Origin: Myxococcota bacterium
GTDB lineage: Bacteria; Myxococcota_A; UBA796; CAJQPC01
Length of the DNA stretch: 64,000 nt
Assembly: GCA_036229005.1 (NCBI GenBank)
Contig: JAZAMN010000020.1
Span: 160,001-224,000 of the forward strand
Direction of reading: 5' to 3'
Of the stretch, positions 58,854-64,000 are shown piece by piece. Position 1 is the stretch's first letter, and each line of letters begins with the position of its first letter. The translations under genes and the position numbers were made by a program. The notes beneath the pieces are model-generated. The model was not told the DNA's origin and did no database searches. It was given only the letters and a program-made list of their open reading frames with translations.

Positions 58854-58931
58854 TTCTGGCGCCCCCATCCCCGGGGGCAGCCCCCTTGGAGCCCTCGGCC
58901 TCGGCCGGGGGCTTCGCGCTTCAGCCTGCGC

Positions 58932-59192
58932 TCAGCGCGCGCACTCGGTGCAGCTCTCGTCGAAGCTCACGCTGGAGACGTCCTGGCCCTCGCCGGAGCA
59001 GTTGATCTCGGCGGTGCTCTCACACTCCCCCAGGTCGCTCGTCACCACGCAGCCGCCGGTGCCGTCACCGCAGGCGTACTCGCAGCACCCCGACACAGCG
59101 CCACCGGTCTCCGCGGAGTCAATGGGGAAGCCACCATCGATACAGGCCAGCAGTCCAAAAGCCAGCGCAGCCGCCACCACAAACTCTCGCAT
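58932..59192 (-). CDS. Small Cys-rich lipoprotein
   Basis: LLAC lipobox, 8 further Cys, AGGAG SD. Confidence 0.75.
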   Translation of the reverse strand: MREFVVAAALAFGLLACIDGGFPIDSAETGGAVSGCCEYACGDGTGGCVVTSDLGECESTAEINCSGEGQDVSSVSFDESCTECAR

Positions 59193-59320
59193 GGACGCTC
59201 CTCCTTCCCTGCGCCCACAAGGTAGCCGCCTGCGGCCCCGAGCGGCCACCCATTGCCGGATCCCCGCCCTCAAGACCCTGCTCAGGAAGTCCGATGAGGG
59301 GGGCAGCGGAGCACCTCATT

Positions 59321-60253
59321 GTGAGAATCCTCATTGCCGATGACGACGCCGTGAGTCGCCTCATCCTCAGCCGTACCCTGCAGACTTGGGGCTACAGCGT
59401 CGAGCAGGTGGACAACGGCGACGACGCCTATGAAGAACTGATGAAGCCAGACGCCCCCACGCTGGCCATCGTCGACTGGATGATGCCGGGCATGGACGGC
59501 CCGGAGGTCTGCGCAGCGATCCGCGCGGAGGGCCCCGAGCCCTACCGCTACATGATCCTGCTCACCGCCCGCACCGAGACCGAAGACCTCGTGCACGGGC
59601 TCAGCTCCGGCGCGGACGACTTCCTCTCCAAGCCCTTCAACCAGGAGGAGCTCAAGGCGCGCCTGCGCGCCGGGCAGCGCATCCTGAACCTCCAGTCACA
59701 GCTCATCGAGGCCCGCGAGGCCCTTCGCTACCAAGCCACCCGCGACGCCCTCACCGGCGTGCTCAACCGGGCCACCCTCATGCAGAAGCTGCGCGAGGAG
59801 CTGGACCGCACCGACCGCAACGACCGCAACCTGGGCGTCGCGATCTTCGACCTCGACCACTTCAAGTCCATCAACGACACCTTCGGCCACCTGGCCGGAG
59901 ACGAGGTGCTCCGCGAGGTCACCCGGCGCGTGGGCGGGGTGCTCCGTCACTACGACGCCGTGGGGCGCTACGGCGGCGAAGAGTTCGTCTGCATCTTCCC
60001 CGACACCACGGCAGACGGCCTGTTCTCCGCCGCCGAGCGGGTGCGCAAGGTCATCGCCAAGGGGCCTGTGATGGCTGACGGCGCGCTGATCCCGGTCACG
60101 GCCAGCCTGGGCGTGGCGATCACCGCGGATCCCTGCGAGCCGGAGTCCCTGCTGGGCGCCGCGGACGCAGCCCTCTACCGCGCCAAGGAGAGCGGCCGGA
60201 ACCGCGTCGAGCTCGCCTTCGAGGTGGCCGTCCCCCTGCGCAAGGCAAGCTGA
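59321..60253 (+). CDS. Response-regulator diguanylate cyclase (REC-GGDEF)
   Basis: ILIADDD, DWMMPGMDG, RHYD I-site, GGEEF. Confidence 0.93.
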   Translation: MRILIADDDAVSRLILSRTLQTWGYSVEQVDNGDDAYEELMKPDAPTLAIVDWMMPGMDGPEVCAAIRAEGPEPYRYMILLTARTETEDLVHGLSSGADDFLSKPFNQEELKARLRAGQRILNLQSQLIEAREALRYQATRDALTGVLNRATLMQKLREELDRTDRNDRNLGVAIFDLDHFKSINDTFGHLAGDEVLREVTRRVGGVLRHYDAVGRYGGEEFVCIFPDTTADGLFSAAERVRKVIAKGPVMADGALIPVTASLGVAITADPCEPESLLGAADAALYRAKESGRNRVELAFEVAVPLRKAS

Positions 60254-60268
60254 CCCCAGACAGAGTGC

Positions 60269-62101
60269 TCAGAATCGCGTGCACTCCATGTCCTGCGACG
60301 CGCACGCAAAGCGCACCGTCTGTCCCGCCTCCAGCCGCAGCGTCGGGCCCTTCACCACGTAGCCCCCGGGGAAACTCGGGAACAAGGTGTACTCCCCTGG
60401 CGGCAGGTCCCCCGGCCCAAAGGTCCCGGCCTGCCCCACCAAGCGCAGCGACTCCACGTCCCCGGTCACGAGCACCCGGGCCTGCCCCAACGCGGCCTCC
60501 TCCGGGGTGTCCAGGTCGGTCTGCGCCAGGGTGACCTCGCTGGGGGGAGGGGTGTCAGGGGGCGCCGGTGGCCTGCCCGCCGGCGGGGGCTGCAGAGGCG
60601 CGGGGGTGGGGTCCGGCACCAGCAGGCGCGGTCCGTCCCGCTTCTTCTTCCGCCGCTTGGGGACCTGCAGCTCCGAAGGGTCTACCTCCTGGAACAGGAT
60701 GCCCCCCGTATCCACCGGCGGGGTCTCCCGTGGCTCGATCTGCGTCGGCGTCGGCTCGGGCTCCGGCGCCCGCTTGCCCCGCTCCATGCCCAGCCAGAGC
60801 AGCCCACCGGCCAGCGCCGCGACCACCCCCGTCAGCACGCCAAGGCCCAGGAAGAGAGAGGCTCGTGGGCCTCCGGACGGCTCCTTGGACCGCTTGACCC
60901 CTGCAGCCTGCAACACCTCGACAGGGCGCTCCATCGGCGAGGTCACCCGTCCACTGACCGGCGGCGCCGGGGCCACCCTCGGCGCGGGCTCCACCGGGGG
61001 CGCGGGCGGCATCCGGGCGGGCGGCACCGTGCTCTCGTCCTCTTCGTCCGGGAGCGGCCGGAAGGGCATCGCCGTGGTCGTCTCCTTGGCGCTGGGCGGG
61101 GCCAGCTCGTTCGGCGTCAGGGTGTCCTCGTCGGCGAGCGGCATCTCCCCCTCCACCAGTACGCGCCCCACCAGCGCGTCCGGAGGGTGGGCATCCCGCG
61201 CCTGGAGGGCCACCGGCACCACCTCTCCCGCCCACTGCTGCAGGCTGGGCCCCGGAGCCAGGCGGCGCAGCTCCAGCGCCCGATGCGCCACCTGCTCCGC
61301 GGTCGGCCGCGCGCTCGGTTCGTAGGCCAGGCACTCCGCCAGCAGCGCCAGCGTCGGCTCCCGGATGCTCTCGTCCAGCGCGTCCCAGGCCAGGTGCAGC
61401 CCCTTGCGGAGCTTGGCCACGTGCTGCTCCTGCTTGGGCCGCGTGCGCCCAAATCGCATCCCCAGCAGCATCTCGAAGAGCGCGCAGCCCAGCCCGTACA
61501 CGTCCCCCGCGTGCGAGTCCACGAAGTTGTAGCGCTCCGGCGCCATGTAGGGCAGCGAGCCCATCACGAAGGCCTGCTGCGTCTGCGCCTCCCGCTCCTC
61601 GATGTCCGCGCGGGCCACCCCGAAGTCCAGCAGCTTCACGTCGCCGTCGGCCGTCAACAGCACGTTGGCCGGCTTCATGTCGCGGTGGATCAGCGCCATC
61701 GGCAGCCCGTCCGGACCCGGCGCCTGGTGCACCGCCCACAGACAGCCCGCCGTCGCCTCCACCAGCGCCAGCGCCGCCTTGGGGGGCAGCGCCCCGTGCG
61801 CGTCCACCAGCTTCTCGCCGTCCACCCCCGGAACCAGCTCCATCAGCATGGTCCAGCGCCCGTCCAGCACCAACAGGTCGTCCACGCGCACGATGCCCGC
61901 GTGGTGGATGTTGCTCAGAAAGCGCGCCTCATCCCGCAGCCGCTGCGCCGCCTCCTGCCGCTGAGGCCCCTGGGCGTGCAGCACCTTGAGCGCGACCTCG
62001 CGGCGCAGCCCCAGCTCGGAGATCTGCTCCGCCCGGTAGACCGTCCCGAACCCACCCGTGCCCAGCACGCTCAAGATCTCGTATCGGCGGGCCTGCTCCA
62101 T
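60269..62101 (-). CDS. Membrane Ser/Thr protein kinase
   Basis: GTGGFG, VALK, HRDMKPAN, DFG, GSLPYMAPE; TM and Pro-rich tail. Confidence 0.92.
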   Translation of the reverse strand: MEQARRYEILSVLGTGGFGTVYRAEQISELGLRREVALKVLHAQGPQRQEAAQRLRDEARFLSNIHHAGIVRVDDLLVLDGRWTMLMELVPGVDGEKLVDAHGALPPKAALALVEATAGCLWAVHQAPGPDGLPMALIHRDMKPANVLLTADGDVKLLDFGVARADIEEREAQTQQAFVMGSLPYMAPERYNFVDSHAGDVYGLGCALFEMLLGMRFGRTRPKQEQHVAKLRKGLHLAWDALDESIREPTLALLAECLAYEPSARPTAEQVAHRALELRRLAPGPSLQQWAGEVVPVALQARDAHPPDALVGRVLVEGEMPLADEDTLTPNELAPPSAKETTTAMPFRPLPDEEDESTVPPARMPPAPPVEPAPRVAPAPPVSGRVTSPMERPVEVLQAAGVKRSKEPSGGPRASLFLGLGVLTGVVAALAGGLLWLGMERGKRAPEPEPTPTQIEPRETPPVDTGGILFQEVDPSELQVPKRRKKKRDGPRLLVPDPTPAPLQPPPAGRPPAPPDTPPPSEVTLAQTDLDTPEEAALGQARVLVTGDVESLRLVGQAGTFGPGDLPPGEYTLFPSFPGGYVVKGPTLRLEAGQTVRFACASQDMECTRF

Positions 62102-62150
62102 GGCGGGGGATAGTACACCCCGCCCACCCGTTCGGGGCTACACTGCGTCC

Positions 62151-62711
62151 ATGTTCACGTGGATGTTCGCCATCATCGCCGCCGGTTGGACCCCCAGCGT
62201 GGTCGACGGCAAGGTCTCCCCCACCCTGCTGTCCGAGCTGGAGGAGGTCGTCGCCCACTGCCCCCACAGCCACGGCGACTGGGTGGTCCGCGTCACCGAC
62301 ACCGGACAGGTCAAGCTGGGCCCCGTCGCGGGCGCCGACAACGACAACGCGGCCCTCGAGAGCTGCCTCCAGGCCGGCCTGGCCGCGCGCCCAGTCCCCG
62401 GCCCCGTCATCCTGCGCCTGAGCTTCAAGGACCCGCGCACCACCACCTGGGAGGCCGCCGCCGTCCAGGGCCTCAACCAGCAGGTGGGCCCCGAGCGCTC
62501 CGGGAGCTGCAGCACCCTGCGCTGGCGCATCGGCCCCGGTGGTGTGCTCAGCGAGCCCCAGCTCATGCAGTCCAGCGGCTCCGAGGACCTGGACCGCCGC
62601 GCCCTGAGCGCCGCCCAGGCTCCCCAGCGCGCCCTGCCCCCCGTTCCCCAAGACCTCCAGGCCCTCTACGGCGAGCACGTCGACCTCTGTGTCGGCGGCG
62701 TCGCCATCTGA
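62151..62711 (+). CDS. TonB C-terminal-like domain exported protein
   Basis: IGPGGVL...QSSGSEDLDRRALSAA motif. Confidence 0.7.
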   Translation: MFTWMFAIIAAGWTPSVVDGKVSPTLLSELEEVVAHCPHSHGDWVVRVTDTGQVKLGPVAGADNDNAALESCLQAGLAARPVPGPVILRLSFKDPRTTTWEAAAVQGLNQQVGPERSGSCSTLRWRIGPGGVLSEPQLMQSSGSEDLDRRALSAAQAPQRALPPVPQDLQALYGEHVDLCVGGVAI

Positions 62712-62723
62712 TAAGAGCCCCCC

Positions 62724-63182
62724 ATGTCCCTGCTGCTTCTGCTCTCCGCCTGCACCTTCGCCCCCGTCGAAGGCATCTGGAATCTCACCGTCCAGACCGA
62801 CACCGTCTGGGACTGCACCCTGGGCAGCGAGTACTACGCCGCCGGCGAGTCCTGGGAGATGATCGTCTACTGGGACAACCCCATCGTCAGCGCCGACCTG
62901 GGGCACGACCCCGCCTCGGACGACTGCGACTACAGCGAGCCCGACCTCAACTGCACCGAGACCCGGGTCAACGACTACACCGGCAGCGTCGACGCGGTGA
63001 TCACCTGGGTGGACGAGCTCGACGTCGAGTTCATGTCCGACAGCCGCTTCGAGGGCAAGCTCTACACCGAGCTCTACTGCGAGGGCAGCGACTGCAACGA
63101 CCGCGCCCTGCAGTTCGCCCCCTCCGAGACCGCCACCTGGCCCTGCATGGGCGAGACCAACGTCTACGCCACGCCCCAGTAG
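62724..63182 (+). CDS. Hypothetical lipoprotein
   Basis: LSAC lipobox, strong codon bias. Confidence 0.75.
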   Translation: MSLLLLLSACTFAPVEGIWNLTVQTDTVWDCTLGSEYYAAGESWEMIVYWDNPIVSADLGHDPASDDCDYSEPDLNCTETRVNDYTGSVDAVITWVDELDVEFMSDSRFEGKLYTELYCEGSDCNDRALQFAPSETATWPCMGETNVYATPQ

Positions 63183-63227
63183 AGAGCAGGGCCCGGGAGA
63201 GGTGCGGCTCTGGGCGCTCGGGGCCCC

Positions 63228-63998
63228 TCAGTTCACCACCCGGACCCCTTGGCCCTGGGTGATCTCAAAGCGGTATCCCCCAGCGAGGTCAAACTCCTCC
63301 ACGCTGCGCTCCGCGTCCGGCCAGTGCACCCGCACCGTCGCCTCACAGGACGGCCCCAGCCCGGCGTGCACCACCAGGTCATCCTGCTGGCCCCACTGCC
63401 CGTGGCCGCCGTCCACCACCCGCGTCTGGGTGGTCTCCGCGGTCTGGATCTCCACGCGGGCGCCGATCGCCGCCGCGTTGCTCCCGCCCGTGCCCACCAG
63501 CTTGAGCTGAACGAAGTTGCTGTCCTGGGCCTGGTTCTCGAAGAGCCGGATCTGTGCGGTGTCGTAGCACTCGCCCTCACAGCGGGCCGTGCTGTGGCCC
63601 ACCACGATGTCCAGGTCGCCGTCGCGGTCGAAGTCGGCCACCGCGCTGCCGTGCGCCCGGTTGTGGTCGATGCCCTGCTCCTGCGGGACCTCCTCGAACT
63701 GGCGGCCCCCCAGGTTGTGATACAGATAGCCCCAGGTGCTGGGGTAGTCGCTGGAGCCCACCCACAGATCCATCCAGCCGTCGTTGTCGAAGTCCAGCAT
63801 GCTGTTCTGGATGTCCCCCTCGTTCCAGGAGCTGATGGTGTGCTCGCGCTCCAGGCCCGTGGCCTCCCGGCCCGGGCGCTCGAAGGTCACCGGCACAGAC
63901 CCGGTGTTGAACAGCAGCTCCGAGGGGTCGCTGGAGCTCCCGACGTCCCAGTGCACGATCTCCGAGGTCAGCAGATCCAGGTGCCCGTCGTTGTCCAC
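63228..63998 (-). CDS. CRTAC1-like FG-GAP + ASPIC/UnbV protein, 5' part outside window
   Basis: DFDNDG and DFDRDGDLDI repeats; SNAAAIGARV...HAGLG...VHWP UnbV motif. Confidence 0.9.
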   Translation of the reverse strand: MDNDGHLDLLTSEIVHWDVGSSSDPSELLFNTGSVPVTFERPGREATGLEREHTISSWNEGDIQNSMLDFDNDGWMDLWVGSSDYPSTWGYLYHNLGGRQFEEVPQEQGIDHNRAHGSAVADFDRDGDLDIVVGHSTARCEGECYDTAQIRLFENQAQDSNFVQLKLVGTGGSNAAAIGARVEIQTAETTQTRVVDGGHGQWGQQDDLVVHAGLGPSCEATVRVHWPDAERSVEEFDLAGGYRFEITQGQGVRVVN

Positions 63999-64000
63999 GT

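Overview
GC-rich (~70%) bacterial chromosome segment, most likely Myxococcota. This rests on the many eukaryote-like Ser/Thr kinases, FHA, PEGA and FG-GAP proteins, Cys-rich lipoproteins and a Tad pilus locus. It holds about 55 genes and no rRNA, tRNA, CRISPR or transposase that I can support. Main blocks: radC-lgt-phosphoesterase; two Ser/Thr kinase + FHA-wHTH regulator pairs; a Tad/Flp pilus locus with a fused CpaE-CpaF ATPase; metY-metX-AK/HSDH methionine genes; a signal-peptide-bearing TldD/TldE pair; ssb; selB; a 46-repeat Asp/Cys lipoprotein; and a REC-GGDEF cyclase. The most striking signals are absent from the ORF track. (1) A probably leaderless 25-codon Met/Cys-rich uORF (MKTNMHIAAACAPCLGAMAMCVCMS, 37454-37531 minus) with mutually exclusive RNA pairings lies ahead of the met operon, a candidate sulfur-amino-acid attenuator. 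(2) The met cassette sits between two ~85%-identical copies of the tldE-like 3' end, pointing to an integrase-free, homology-anchored acquisition. (3) TANNNT boxes 6-7 nt before start codons recur across the window. (4) Two apparent pseudoenzymes lie divergent from an ornithine-cyclodeaminase-like gene. All product calls come from motif recognition by eye; no database searches were run.
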